A stretch of DNA of 46,863 nt from Octopus bimaculoides. Lineage: Eukaryota. The notes below the pieces were generated by a model. The model worked only from the letters and a program-made list of their open reading frames with translations, was not told the DNA's origin and ran no database searches. Shown here piece by piece: positions 12,917 through 26,632 of this stretch. Where the stretch lies: positions 140,198,524 through 140,245,386 of the forward strand of contig NC_068983.1 of the NCBI RefSeq assembly GCF_001194135.2, read 5' to 3'. Position 1 is the first letter of the stretch. The number at the start of each line of letters is the position of its first letter. A program made the translations under genes and the position numbers.

Positions 12917-12969
12917 GAGAGCAGAAATTGAAAGAGGGAAGAAAGTGTAAAGGTGACATTTGCCTTGAA
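12917..12969 (+). CDS. Candidate plus-strand exon (GEQKLKEGRKCKGDICLE); unverified
   Basis: Strong acceptor TTTTTTTTTTGTTTATGTTTTCAG|, purine-rich open frame and donor GAA|GTGAGA. Confidence 0.15.
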
Positions 12970-13545
12970 GTGAGAGCAGAACGTGAAAGATATATGTACG
13001 TATATATGTAATAGACGTGTGTGTGTGTAAGTGTGCGTGTGTGCGAGTGCATGAAAGAGAGAGAGAAAGAGAGAATGAGTGAAGTTTTGTGTTCTCATGT
13101 ACGTATTTTTTGCATGTATGTGTACGTGACACACTCTCTCTCACACACACACGCGTACACACATTATCTCTCGTATATACGTGATTAAATGCGTATGCTT
13201 ACATCCTTTGTACGTATGTGAGCATGTGCATGTGAGAGAGAGAGAGAATGAGTGACTGTATTTTCTCATAAGATAGAGAAAGATATATAGATATGTTTTA
13301 ATGAAATTTTGGGGCTTGTGGCTTATTTTGTTACAATATTGATGTGTACATTTTCATAAATGTTTGTCGAAGTAGAATTCTGCGAATACGTAAAACATTG
13401 GACGAAAGTAAAACATTAGAAGTTAATCGAAATAGTCCCCGAAAATGACTTCAAATTTGAGCAACCCGGCCTCGTTTCTGAGGTTATTTTATTAGTACAA
13501 AACAGTTGTTGTGGCAAAAATTTAGTTCATTTGATAGCCTTTATA

Positions 13546-14229
13546 CTGGGTCATCCCATAAATAATGCGGTTTTTTAAAACTTTTTTTTTCGAAGTTTGG
13601 ATAAACAAAGTTCATTTTTATTCTAAAATATACCATCCTTCATTTTCTACAATGTTCTTCCATCTATCTGGTAGATTACAAGGCCCCTCTTCCAAATCCT
13701 CTTCTCCGTAACGAAAAATAATCCCCCACTACTGTTTTGACGTCGTCTACAGAATTTTTGCCGTCCAAATGATATTGAAGTCTGCGGAATAAATGATAAT
13801 TAGATGGAGCAATGTCCGGCGAATATGGTCGTTGGTGCATCGTTTCCGATTCAAGCTGTATGTGGTCGAGATTTATCTTGATGGAAGAACTCAATTCGTT
13901 TTGAAACCAAAGATGGTCGTTTTTCTTCTACCGCTGACTTGAATGACAATTTTGATGCGATCTTGTTCCACCATTGTTTGCAGGACGTCCTCATCGAGCT
14001 CTACCGATCTTCCAGGATGAGGCTCGTCTTCTACGCTGTAGTTTCTGACTCGAAATTTCTGGAACAACAGCTGTGACTTGCTTACGCTTATTGTCCGATC
14101 CTTATATACTGGATTAATGTTCCTCATACTTTCCGTTGCGTTGATGCCTTCATCGAACTCATAAAGCAACATATCCCGAGTATCCTCCTTTGTTAATTGA
14201 ACACAAAAACGCATTATTTAAGGGATGAC

Positions 14230-14233
<4 letters not shown>
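13546..14233 (-). mobile_element. Internally deleted mariner (DD34D-type) element with both TIRs and TA TSD
   Basis: TIRs CTGGGTCATCCCATAAATAATGCG / CGCATTATTTAAGGGATGACCCAA; TA at 13544-45 and 14234-35. It retains the HTH region (LLYEFDEG...FQKFR..NYSVEDEPHPGRS), HQDKSRPHTA and PYSPDIAPSNYHLFR motifs. Confidence 0.95.
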
Positions 14234-14263
<30 letters not shown>

Positions 14264-14654
14264 NNNNNNNNNNNNNNNNNNNNNNNNNNNNNNNNNNNNN
14301 NNNNNNNNNNNNNNNNNNNNNNNNNNNNNNATATATAGTTAGATGATAAGCAGCATTCTTTATTATAGTACTAATGTGACTAATTCGGAGAAACATTACT
14401 TTCATGATTCATACATCGTCACTCTCGTAATGCAACACTTTGTAATATCGGTTCAAATTGAAAGTGTGAAATTACTTTCACTTTGTAATGAAATCTGGTC
14501 ATTTTAGAGCAGTGTTTTTCAAATAGCTAAAGCCGGTTGTTGAGATAACATACAAAATTTGTAAATAAAACAAAGTTTATTTGGTAGCCGAAAGATTACG
14601 GAATATTTTCACCCCCACCAAACACACATACACACTCTTTTATATAGGGAGACT

Positions 14655-14830
14655 ACCGGCATTTCGTCTACCTTCATTTTCTGAGTTCAAATACTGCCGC
14701 GGTGGACTTTGCCTTCCTTCCTTTCGGGATTCTTAGAATAAGTATCAGTTGAGTACTGAGGTCGGTGTAATCGACTATATCCATCCCTTAAATTTTAAAA
14801 CTTGTGCCTGTTGTAGAAAAGATTATTATT
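14655..14830 (+). mobile_element. Octopus-type tRNA-derived SINE (5'-truncated)
   Basis: CATTTCGTCTACC...TTCTGAGTTCAAATACTGCCGCGGTGGACTTTGCCTTCCTTCCTTTCGGG...TAAGTATCAGTTGAGTACTGAGGTCGGTGTAATCGACT. Confidence 0.75.
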
Positions 14831-14869
14831 AATATTGTTGTTGTTGTTGTTAATAGTAGTAGTAGTGGT

Positions 14870-14907
<38 letters not shown>

Positions 14908-14911
14908 TAGC

Positions 14912-14970
<59 letters not shown>
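14830..14970. repeat. Compound trinucleotide microsatellite (GTT)(AGT)(AGC)(AGT)
   Basis: Seen directly; it produces the spurious poly-Leu ORF 14788..14979. Confidence 0.95.
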
Positions 14971-14971
<1 letters not shown>

Positions 14972-17900
14972 TGAAGCACTGCAAGGATTTTGCTGATTAT
15001 TAATCGTATAATTTCAACTTCAATTTGAGTTGAACATGCATTGTTGAATACCTGTTTTAAGGAAAAGTAATACTCTTTTATTGACTTCAGGAAAATAGTT
15101 TATCCTAGCATAATTTCTTCAAATTCTAATGCCTCATGGACATCAGTGTACCGAATTTTACTTGATATTGTGTGAAAGCCAAGCGCACAGTCTACATGAA
15201 GTACTGTATTGATGGATTTAAAGTAAGATTTGAATTAACTTCGTCTTTGCATATGCTAACATGCCTTGCTTCATCGCTCCGTCTGTAAGATTGCGATGTC
15301 AACACAATAAAACTGACCATATATGTGATAAATTTGATTTGATGCAAGTGTGGACACTGAAATAATCTTTGACATCAGTGGAAGCGCTAATATTAGCTGT
15401 AGCATAGTTTAGATGATATTCTCTGGGGTTTTTTTTCACGCCTTTCTCCTGTATAAATATACGCTTCTTCGTTATGTAGTATTTCTAACCCCTCTCGCAT
15501 TTTCTCACACATCTTTAAAGCATTCGCCTCCATTTCAATGGTAAATTTCCATAATATTCACAGCTATCTACATAGAGTTGAATAAAATCAAAGCTTTTCA
15601 GTTTGAGCGAGTATTTGATAATTGATCTGGTGCGATGAAAAGCATGTATTATTCATATATTATTGAATTTTCGGTAGAAAAACAAATAACGCCACTGTTC
15701 TATAGGAAAGTTAAATTGTTTAAGTGATCAATATCTAACATACAGAAAACAATTTTGTGGGAATAGTATTTTCGAAAGCACATGCTGCGTTGTAGGATGA
15801 TAAACTGCTACGGTATGGCCACCCATTTATGATATAGTGACTGGAAACAATACGATTAACAGAGAGGGCTGAAGCAATGAAGAGTTAAAAAATAATTTGA
15901 AACAATATATTTGTAATTTACGTAAAATTCTTAGTTTGTTCATGTGTATGGGTTGAAGAGAAACATTTAAGTATATGAAATATTTTCAAATGCAAAAAGT
16001 AGTGAAACATGAAAAACAATAATGTCAAATATCTAGGTTACAGTATTATATGTCGCAATGATGCTTTTCTTGTTTTAATACCTTTGGGATAATCTACGAT
16101 TTTCATCCATTCAAAATAATAAAATGAAATATTAGTAAAAATATTGCGCATGGTCGGTTTATTAGAATTTTGACACCTCAGATATTATACTGTGCATAGC
16201 ATGTGTGTTTAGTAGTTGTATCTATTAAACAACGAATAAAATGAGAAACTTACATACCTACAACTATACAATACTCCAGCCCTTTAAACGTCTTCATCTA
16301 TCTATGCACATAGTTGTTGTTAGAAGCGTTAACTTCGTAAAAATCCTGTAGCCTTCTCTGGTTGCTCCCCAACTTCTCAAACATCAGAGTGAATGCACGA
16401 TGCTTGTGCCTCGAAACATGATTACACCATAAAAAAGAAAAACACGATTTACAATAGTGGAAGTGTTGCTCAACAAATCTGGCTAATTAATAACATCGAT
16501 TTCATAAAACCTTGTATTCATTGGGTAATTTTTTCTGCCATTCTCCTTCTAGGCTTCACATCGACAGTGTTTTATTTATAAATCTACAGCATCATAATAC
16601 CGCTTCAATGATGAATAGACATTTTCGTGGAAGTTGATATATCGAGGCAACTTTTATTATTAAAACGTACTCAATTTCTGGGCATGTGACAATCGCCACA
16701 CAAAGTTTAGTATTACAGCTACGATTACCTAGCGTCACTAAAATATTACAGCCTCCTTCCACGTATTCTATAACATCTAGCTACTTAAAATTTATGTTAA
16801 TTCAATTCCTTCATATTTACATATCAAAAATCAGATCGGTCTCTAGAAATATTTACAGAAATGCATAAAAGATAATGTCCAATGTAATCCAGCTCTACTT
16901 GCTGATTAGAACAACAGAGTGTGCGTGTGATTTCTTAGAATGTTGTAAATAAGATTAACTAACAAAATGCCAAACACATATTCTTAAGTTTCTTTGCGAA
17001 GCAGCAGTTTCCCACGTTATTGTTGGGTCTAAGTAACAGATTAAATTATCGAAATTACTTCAAAACTTTAGGAGCATTTTTCATTTAGTGACAGAAAATA
17101 TAAAAAGGTTTCTTAAACATTTCACTACCATCAAATAATCTAAGTCCATGTTTATATGCGTGATATGTGCAGTCGGAGGAGGTACCAAAAGGTGAAATAG
17201 GTTTCCATTTACCGTTCATTAACTCCTCATATAACATACTCTGTTATGTAGCAGTTCGATAAATTTTCTACCAACAGGTACTAAGTTTGGTTTCTTTAAA
17301 TGTATATTCATTTTAGTATTAACATTTGTAGCTCAATTTAAAGGATCGATGAACTACTGCTCGTTTATCGGAATAGCTCAGTATATTGAACTTACAGCGC
17401 TCGACATCGCATCTTAATATGGACGCAATCAATTGCCAGTGGTGTAAATATCTTTAGAAATAACCCTCGTGACAATGTCAGCAAAGGTCATTTATATAGT
17501 CAGGGGAACGAAACTTTGCAAAAAAATTGAAGGTTCGTATAAAATGAGTTTTCAACACTTGAGAGAGACATTGTAATTCAGTGAGAAATTCAATGAGAAA
17601 TAGATATAATTTTGCCCAACCATGTATTTGTAGAGCACATTGCTTATATCTCACATGCAGGATAAAGCCTCCATTTTTAGTTGAATGTATTTCTCTACTG
17701 TTTAAATGTCTTGTCCAATAATACTTTCGAGAGAGTGTGTTTTTATAAATTCTTTCATGCGCTGATAGAGCCTTTTTACCGGGAAATATCCTTGATGCTG
17801 CTCTACAGACATTCATATACATATGAGCCCATCAATGTAACATAATTTAGTATATGACGTCTTTCTAGGAAGGATTATGTATTCATCTCCCTGTATTCCG

Positions 17901-18142
17901 TACTCCAAACATATCTGTTTATCACGAAACATAAAATTTTTATTTAATGCAGTTAATTCTTGAGATAGAAGTCAATAACTCTATCACAGCAAATAATAAT
18001 AATAATAAGAAGAAGAATAAACCAATAAATAAATAAATAAATAAAAACTTTAGATTCCTTTATTGCCAAGAATCAACATTTTCCTTTTCTGATTTGTACA
18101 TGTCACCGAGATTTAAACGCTCACAATGACATGTATCCTTAC

Positions 18143-18219
18143 TCAGCTCGGAACAGAGAATTGCTTTACATTTTACGTGTTTTCTCATCGATACAATATT
18201 CCATGTAAAGTGAGTAGGT
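18143..18219 (-). CDS. Candidate exon (PTHFTWNIVSMRKHVKCKAILCSEL); unverified
   Basis: Acceptor TTGTTGTCTTTGTTTTCTTAAG| and donor CTGA|GTAAGG; one open frame (phase 2 to 1). Confidence 0.2.
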
Positions 18220-19352
18220 CTTAAGAAAACAAAGACAACAATAACGGTTTGTTTTAGATGGAACTTGTTATCCTCTACTGAATACATTCATTTTACTGAA
18301 TTACTCCTCGGTTTACAAATTTGCATTTTGCTAATTTAAAGAAGTGGCGAATATTCAATGATGTTCTGTGTTTTAGTCTGACTTCAACTGTAGGGCCTTT
18401 AAGTCTTGTGTAAGATAATGAGTACTGTTGCATACATGATACGTTTTACTCATTCTTGGATTGAAAAATAAAAACACTTCTGGAATCACGATATAAAGAC
18501 AATTTATAAATATCACTGCAATTACAAATTCAGTCGGATCTAATAATGAACTTCAAGAAAAATGCCCATCTTCGTTCCATTTTCTTTACCCAGTAGAATT
18601 CCAACATGCATCAATCGATATAATGGCAAAAATAACTTTTCCTATGTATAAATGCAAACATAGTAAATTTAAGCAAACTGTTTCCAAGATTATATGAACC
18701 AAAAAGTTTATATAACCAGCATGTTACATTATCTAACGAAAATAGGTAATATTTTAAAATAAAATGAAGTGATATTAAGATTTAAGTGAGCTAATTATAG
18801 GTTGTGAGTTGCAATTATGATTTTAGAAAAACATTTTCCATTCTAAGGAAATTATACTTCGAGATAGCTATAGTTACGAATATACAGAATTTCATCATGA
18901 TTTATCTTAACATCATAAATTTTGCTGAAATCGCAAAGAAGATATATTCTACAAAGTTCTTTATATACATTTTTGGGAATACATTCATGAAACCACATTC
19001 CAAAATAGTTAATATACGAATGGTGTATAATATTGAAAGAAAAACAATTTACGTTTGACGTTGCCAATTTCATCCCTTGAAGTATAAATTTCACTACAAG
19101 TCTAAAATTCGCGAGAAAATTGCCATATTCTCTACTTGTTTCAAAATAGAATTTATGCGAAATGGTCACATTGTAGCAAGATTTTACGCTTGTGCCTATT
19201 CGGGAAAATACCAAGCATTGGGAATGCCTCACATTTTAAGTATATGACATGAAGTACGATAATGTATATGCACTTAAATATATATATACACATGCGCCTC
19301 CATATATGCATGTATACATATGTGTGCGTATGTGTATGAATTATGCATTCAT

Positions 19353-19441
<89 letters not shown>

Positions 19442-19639
19442 TATATGTATGTATTTATGTATATACAAGCATACCTACAAACACACAGATACGCACGCAC
19501 ATACACACATACTTACGTACATATACGTGCATAGTAACAAGAACAATAAACAAACTAGGTATATGGGTATAAGCAAAAAGTGTAATTACATAAAAAATTG
19601 CGTATGCAAATAGATGTTGTAGTTAAGACTCATCTTCAG

Positions 19640-20015
19640 AGTGGAAATTGTTGAGCCATCGATGTCAACATGTACTCAGAACCACTGGGGCGCATGTATG
19701 CAATTTGGCGGCAGAAATGCCTGGCATCCATTAATGGAGAGAGAGAACTTCCGCAGCAAGGTAACGTAAGACCTCATACTCAGAATAAACTATAACTGAT
19801 GCCACACCCATCATATAGTCTGAATCTAGCTCCGTCGGATTATTACTTATTCCGAACCATGACTCACTTCTTGCGTTTGAAAACGTGGTGGAAACTCCAG
19901 GGAAGGGGTTCTTTGCTTCCAAGATCAACAACTGGTAACAGCTTGAGATGAAAGAAGACAAAGTGGATGATAGGTGGCTTGCTTCAAACTGTGCGACACG
20001 ATGGCCTCTCCGGGT
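19640..20015 (+). mobile_element. Mariner transposase C-terminal relic, no TIRs seen
   Basis: It reads IDVNMYSEPLGRMYAI...QQGNVRPHT...MPHPSYSLNLAPSDYYLFRTMTHFL...FFASK...LQTVRHDGL with stops and frameshifts. Confidence 0.8.
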
Positions 20016-20459
20016 TTACGTTAACGTTTATATTCATTCATTGTTGGTTGCATATTCTTGACATTTTGCCCATTCCGTCTGTCAACATTACAACTATTAT
20101 ATTATTTCAAGCTTCTATAGAACCTATCGGATCTGAAATACCAGGCCCTCGACCTTAGTTTTCTGTATCTTGTATACTCTATGTAAATCTTTTCTGTAAT
20201 TTACAGAACAGATTTGTATATATAAATATGCATACGCTTATATATGAACGGTCATCTTCCGAATATTTTCACTTTTTGATTTTTGCTCCTTATATACCTC
20301 AATATATACTTAGAAGTATCACACTTACTTATCCAAAATGATAAAGCGTTCCATCATTCAGAAGTGGCTGGCTTCAAGATTGCCTTATTTTTATATACAA
20401 ATATAGAACATTTATGAACCAGTACAGTGTTGAGTACTGATTCTCACAGTTTGATGCCC

Positions 20460-20760
<301 letters not shown>

Positions 20761-21656
20761 ACATTGGAATATATGAAAGATATTGCATGCTCCTATATTT
20801 GTTCGGCCGTGTTTTTATACATGAAAGAAAGTTTGGTAAGATGTCTGTTTCTTCATTGCGAGCTTTTAACTCACTATCTCCGTCTCGTTGTATCCCGTTC
20901 TTAATTATCTTTGATTGTTACTACTTTTCAAATTATAATTTCCTTAATATTTCGACACTTGACGTCGTCTATCCAGTTTCTGAAGGAGATTCAATTGAGC
21001 AGATTATTCTTTCTAATTTGAATTGTGTATTTGCTTGTCTGTTTCGTGGTGGCAATTATTAAAAATCAAATATTGTTTTTCGTACGGTTGTTTGAAGTAA
21101 TGTCTATTTTTACGTCTGTGTCAATTTTATTGACTAAAATATCCATAAAAGGTCTGTGTTTTTGCGTATGGTCTATTGAATACTATTATTTATGCTATTC
21201 ATTATTTTGATGAAATAAATAATTTGATCAAAACGTAGTATCGAAGATATAAAACCGTCAAAAATGTATGAAGTTGTAGGGGGTTTATACGGTTTGCTCA
21301 TAAATCTGAACTTTATAATCTGTCAGGAACAAATTTGTATTGTTCCTGTAATATTTTGTCCCTTTTCGACCAAAGATATTTGTCTGCACACACGCACACA
21401 CACACACACACTCATATATATATGTATGTGTATGTGTGTTTGTGTGCGTGTTTGTGTGTGTGCATAAACGTTAGAGAACAAATGAGAGGAAATAGCGCTG
21501 AACATGACATGATATAAAACTAGTTTTAACAGGTTTAACTTGAAACAATACTCAATGTTTTTTGGTGCAAGAAAATACAACGAACCACGATGTACGGTGT
21601 CGAAATAGGGATAATTGAAAATGGTTTTAAATGAGACTATTGGCAGTTGTCCTTTG

Positions 21657-21673
21657 GGTGGTGGTGGTGGTGG

Positions 21674-21725
<52 letters not shown>

Positions 21726-21737
21726 AATAATAATAAA
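21657..21737. repeat. (GGT)(GAT)(AAT) compound microsatellite
   Basis: Seen directly. Confidence 0.95.
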
Positions 21738-21825
21738 AGAATAAATCCCGGGGTCGATTTGCTCGATTGAAGGCGGTGCTCCAGCATGGTCACAGTCAAA
21801 TGACTGAAACAAGTAAAAGAGTATA
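21738..21825 (+). mobile_element. SINE 3' end (second family)
   Basis: GAATAAATCCCGGGGTCGATTTGCTCGATTGAAGGCGGTGCTCCAGCATGGTCACAGTCAAATGACTGAAACAAGTAAAAGAGTA is the reverse complement of 40005-40100. Confidence 0.8.
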
Positions 21826-22495
21826 ATAATAATATACTATAATGGGGAAAGCTGCTTATTAATTAGTTATGTAACCATTTCTAAAAAGTACTAAAAGAAA
21901 GCAAATATTAAAGGTTTGACCGTCTGGAAATATTTTCATAAATTCTTGTTCTAAGAAATTTCCTATAATTTCGATTTCTCAAGTTTATTGAATTATTTTA
22001 ACTCTGATTTATCGCAAATTTAAATATTCCCAGCGTCCACTTCATCACAAATTTAAATATTCATTGCATTCACTGCGGAGTATTCCATTTTCATTTGCAA
22101 AGTCTCTCACTTTTTCCTTTAAGTTCTAATTTGCTACTAATGTATAAGGGATCTTTTCCCCTTGACCAGCACATTTAAGAAATAATTTTTGGTAACTAAA
22201 CATTTTAAAAATTCGTATACTAGTACGTGTCACATAAAACATAATTTACTCTTGGTGTCTTTGAGAAAATTGTGTATTTTCGAAGTTATTTCGTGTTTAA
22301 GTTGTATTTCAGTAATTTCAACCAATCAATGACGACTATTGAGGTGAAAACAATTACTGCTGTTGTTTGTCAACAACAACTTCCGGTGGTGTATATTTCG
22401 TTTGCCACTGTTATTTATGACATATGTCATCTAAGTTACGTTTGTATGAATAAACGAATGTATCTGAAGCATGTTTACTTCATGGCACCACCACA

Positions 22496-22864
22496 AACAT
22501 TCGTGCATTTCTATTGCTTTTAGATTTTTTTTCCTGTTTATCAGCTAATATTTTCGGAAAGACATTTTTGCCCCCTCCCCCTCCAATTTCTTCATCTTTC
22601 ACATTTTTTCCGTAACTCTAACCCTAAAATCCAAATCCTAAACCTAACCCTAACCGTAACCCTAAAACCTTAAACCTAACTCCAACCTTAAAACACTAAC
22701 CCTGAGCTTAAAACCCTAACTCTAACTCTAAAACCGAACCCTAACCCTAACCCTAACTCTAAAACCCTATCCCTATCCCTAAAATCCTAACCCCGACCTT
22801 AAACCCTCGCCCAAACCTTAACCCTAAAACACGAAAGCTAAAACAATTACAAACGCACGAACGT
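22496..22864. mobile_element. Element with imperfect ~28-bp inverted repeats enclosing degenerate telomere-type (CCCTAA)n (~22613-22830)
   Basis: Left ACATTCGTGCATTTCTATTGCTTTTAG versus the reverse complement of the right arm, ACGTTCGTGCGTTTGTAATTGTTTTAG; internal AACCCTAACCCTAACCCTAA and variants. Confidence 0.6.
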
Positions 22865-23059
22865 CTAATGTTGTGTGCAGCGGGGATACATATCGAATTT
22901 AGTGTCCAGTGTGGTCATAAGCATCATTAGGTTGTGGTGTTCGTACGTCGGATTTGATTGATCTGATCTTGCTTGTAAATTCTCAGTCGCCTTATGTTTT
23001 CAGTAATCTCTAAGTATGTATTTCTCAACATTGTTTATGTTGCTATTATTTCAATGTGT

Positions 23060-24200
23060 ATGTAAACATTATGATTACTGATGTGCTTTGTTCTCTTGTC
23101 AATAGATACATAACAAATGCGACAGAAGAGAGCTTGTTACCATACTTTCATTTTTATAATTTAGTTTCTAAATGTGAAAGTATAATATTCTTCATCGTAT
23201 TGTTGAATTGAGACATTTCACTAACATTTACTGCCGTTTTTACAATTTATACAGTGGCGTGTTGTACTTTGTTGATATTTTCGAATAGAAAATTTTGTCA
23301 AACGACATTATTGACTCTAATTAGAATGGTATATTCAGTTTATTGCAATCGTTTTTACTGCTCAAGCCATCATTTAATATTTGTGTGAGATTTGTAAAGT
23401 TGTAAGATAGCTGAATACAATCAACTGAACCATTATCATGAAACAGAGGTTTTGTTGTGCTTTAGACGTTTTATAATTAGGATATTTTCCGGATTCTTTA
23501 GCTTCCTGTGTTTTGATGTTAGGGAAGCAGTAATTGAAGCCGTCATAAATTGAAATAATTAGTTCAGGTTTATGGCTGTGACATTGTCGATCTTCAATTT
23601 GAGTCAGTGGAATTCATTAATAGTCATCTAGTGAGTACTGGAAACAAGGGTTCATAGCCTTTTCTCGTTATGTCTTCTCTTTGTAGATTTTGTTGAATGA
23701 TTTTGAAAAGAAGAAATAGTTGAAAAGGAGTTCGCTTACAATTGGATTGTGAGTATATTACTTGAAACAGTTATTGTAACATATTGATGTGCTATCTTTC
23801 TAAAGAATTTTTACTTTTACTATGTGGTTCGCTTTCAGTGCAGAAGTTTTCCAGTTTCTGATTGCCTTTCATCCATTGTTTTGCTATTTCCGTATTTAGT
23901 TGTTTGATGTCGAATCTTAATTCTATTGTGTATGTTGTTGATGTGTTTTCATTTTGCCCTAGTATTTATTAGTTTGGGAACTTCAGTTGTTTCGTTAAGG
24001 TTTTATATATTTTAACTAGCCTTCTAGGTAATGGTTTTTGATGTGTCTATAGATATGCTGTAACGTGTAAGTTCAGTAGTATCTATCATGATAATTATTA
24101 TGTTATTGAATAATATGAACTGTAATTTAGTATGTTGATGGATGTGGTCGTAATAGGCTATTTATAAGGTTAGGTTGTTTCAAATGTGATTCTGTCACAG
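23060..24200 (-). mobile_element. Old, heavily decayed Penelope-like element (RT thumb to endonuclease)
   Basis: Broken minus-strand motifs lie in the expected order: SNILTIQL (SNHP..I.KQL), GFNYCFPNIKT (WFNPP..N.KT), IQLSYNFTNLTQIL (KLSY...N..QII), then a C-x2-C near 23120. The boundaries are uncertain. Confidence 0.5.
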
Positions 24201-24529
24201 GTATGTAAAACAGAGAAAACGACCTATTGAAGAGGTACTGTATTTAGTTAACATTAAAAAAATATTTGAATGTGTAGGTGGCTTCCTCAGGCTGTTTTGA
24301 TCGCTTAAACAAAGAACAGGAGATCAAGGGGTAGAGAGTGACAGAAGTGGTCATAGGATGCTTCACGAAATATTTCAGACAGAGGACATTGAAATAAGAA
24401 CAATAATAAAGTTGAAGTGGAGAACGAATATATTGTACCTGTGTTTATTTGCCAAAATATAACAATAAGAACATTTAAAAGACATCCATATTATTATTAT
24501 TATTTATTTTTTATTTTTTTTAATTATTA

Positions 24530-24900
24530 TTATTATTGATTTAACTCAGGTACGTTCTTATTCCTGGTAGAATTTGATTCGGTACCCGGTTACTACCTGT
24601 AACCTTCGGTATGCACAATCTTTCAATAATCTCTCAAGTGCCTAAGACACCGCTGGTAATCTTTCTTGTTCCTAAGAAGCAAACTTTCTCTAGAAACTCA
24701 ACATCACATTCTGTTCCAATCTTTTTCAACCATTTGTCTATATCGTTGCTTAGAGTTCCCAATGCACCAATTATTATAGGCACAAACTTTACAATCTTCA
24801 TATACCAAATATTCTTGCTATTTCAAATTTTGAGGGATTGTATATTGTATTGTCTTTTTAACCTTCGTATACTATGTATATGTCACTTCATTTTCATTGT
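24530..24900 (-). mobile_element. R4/Dong-like REL-endonuclease LINE, copy A (3' end only) with (AAT)n tail
   Basis: The minus strand reads KFVPIIIGALGTLSNDIDKWLKKIGTECDVEFLEKVCFLGTRKITSGVLGT*, followed by a 3' UTR and (AAT)n. Confidence 0.8.
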
Positions 24901-24959
24901 ATACCGGGTATACTTACATTTTCTTTTTCATAATAATTATTTCATCGTTTCATTTTATG

Positions 24960-25045
24960 TAAACCCACACGTTTTATGTCTCTCTGTGTATTGCCACCCA
25001 CATCCTTCGCCCCTTGTGGCAAATAAATGAAATCATCATTATTAT
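24960..25045 (+). mobile_element. Probable SINE 3' tail between LINE copies A and B
   Basis: CCCCTTGTGGCAAATAAATGAAAT resembles the reverse complement of the 37387-37415 SINE 3' end (GCCCCTTGTGGGCAATAAAGAAAT). Confidence 0.4.
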
Positions 25046-26254
25046 TATCACTATTCATATACACCCAACAGATTAGACTATTGAAATAGAAAGGGATCTT
25101 AACATCGGGTTAAAGCAAGTTGCCTTAGATGACAAGAACCTGCCTATCGGGTTACAGAAAGTGACCTTAGATGCCAAGAAGCCTCCTACACTGTTTTCTA
25201 CAGCTGTATTAGACTGGGTCTTATGCATATTTCCTCTATTTATCTGCTCAGATATTTAGGGATAGTTCCCAATGCACTTATAACTACTGCGATACATTTT
25301 ACTCTCACTTTCCATTGTCTCTGTAATTCGACAGCGAGGCCCTGGTACTTTGCTATTTTTTCTATACTTCACGTATGAATTTTTCCATCGTTTGGAACTG
25401 TAAAGTCAATTATCTGACACTTATATTGCCTTTATCTACTACTACCAAATCAAGCCATCTATCAGTCTGAATGTTAAAGTCCCACAACATATTGTATTTC
25501 TTACTTTCTATTATTTTACTAGGTTCATGTTCATACCATTTATCAGTATGGTCAAATCCTAGCTTTCTACAAATCTCGCAGTGGATTGCGCTCCCTAGAT
25601 TATCAAGTCTTTTCTTATATTCTTTCTGTGACAGCATGCTACATTCACTTACTATATTAGTAAGGCTTTCCTCTTTTGATTTGCATAATCTACATTGGGA
25701 ATCTGCCTGGTTTTTGCCTATTTTGGCTTTTATCAAATTAGTCTTTCATACTTGATGTTGTGCTGCTGCTAACAAACTTTGTGTCTTCCGCTTCAGTTTT
25801 CACTTCTGCAGCTATAACCATATCTCACTGCTACTACTTGCTGAAACTCTCGTTGGGAATCTACCATGCAACGCCTTCTCCTGCCAGTCATACTGTTCTT
25901 TTTCTGGTTTTGATGTTCCTTTGTTGTTTTGGTTTCCCTATGTCTTGCTGTGACTCTAGCAGTTTTTAATAAACTCATTTCACCGTTACACAGTCTACAT
26001 CTGTTCTAGCTAACTCCACGCACTTTTCCACTGATATTAATCATCTTCCACTTTCCGTTCTAGGTAGGCATAATCCTGCTAATCCTGCCCTTGGGTGGAC
26101 TCTTCCATTCAACTTGAATTCCTTCCTAGTTTTCCTGTCTAGTTTTGCTAATTCACTTTTTTTCAATCTACAAATGCTGCTGAATATCTTAGTAATGATA
26201 CTACCAAAGTATTTACAGCTTTCACTAGATTCGGACAACGATTTACTATTCTTA

Positions 26255-26255
<1 letters not shown>
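25045..26255 (-). mobile_element. R4/Dong-like LINE, copy B, 5'-truncated (RT C-terminal region, CCHC knuckle, REL endonuclease, 3' UTR)
   Basis: LVKAVNTLVVSLLRYSAAF...KLDRKTRK...HPRA; CRLCKSKEESLTNIVSEC (CCHC, H to N); RLDN (RHD/N); LWDFNIQTD...DLVVVDK; IIDFTVPND...EKIAKY...ISALGTIP. Confidence 0.9.

Positions 26256-26632
<377 letters not shown>

Noticed and set aside
22613-22830. True telomere or chromosome fusion site
   Set aside because: The array is short, degenerate, single-orientation and enclosed by inverted repeats; there is no head-to-head TTAGGG/CCCTAA junction.
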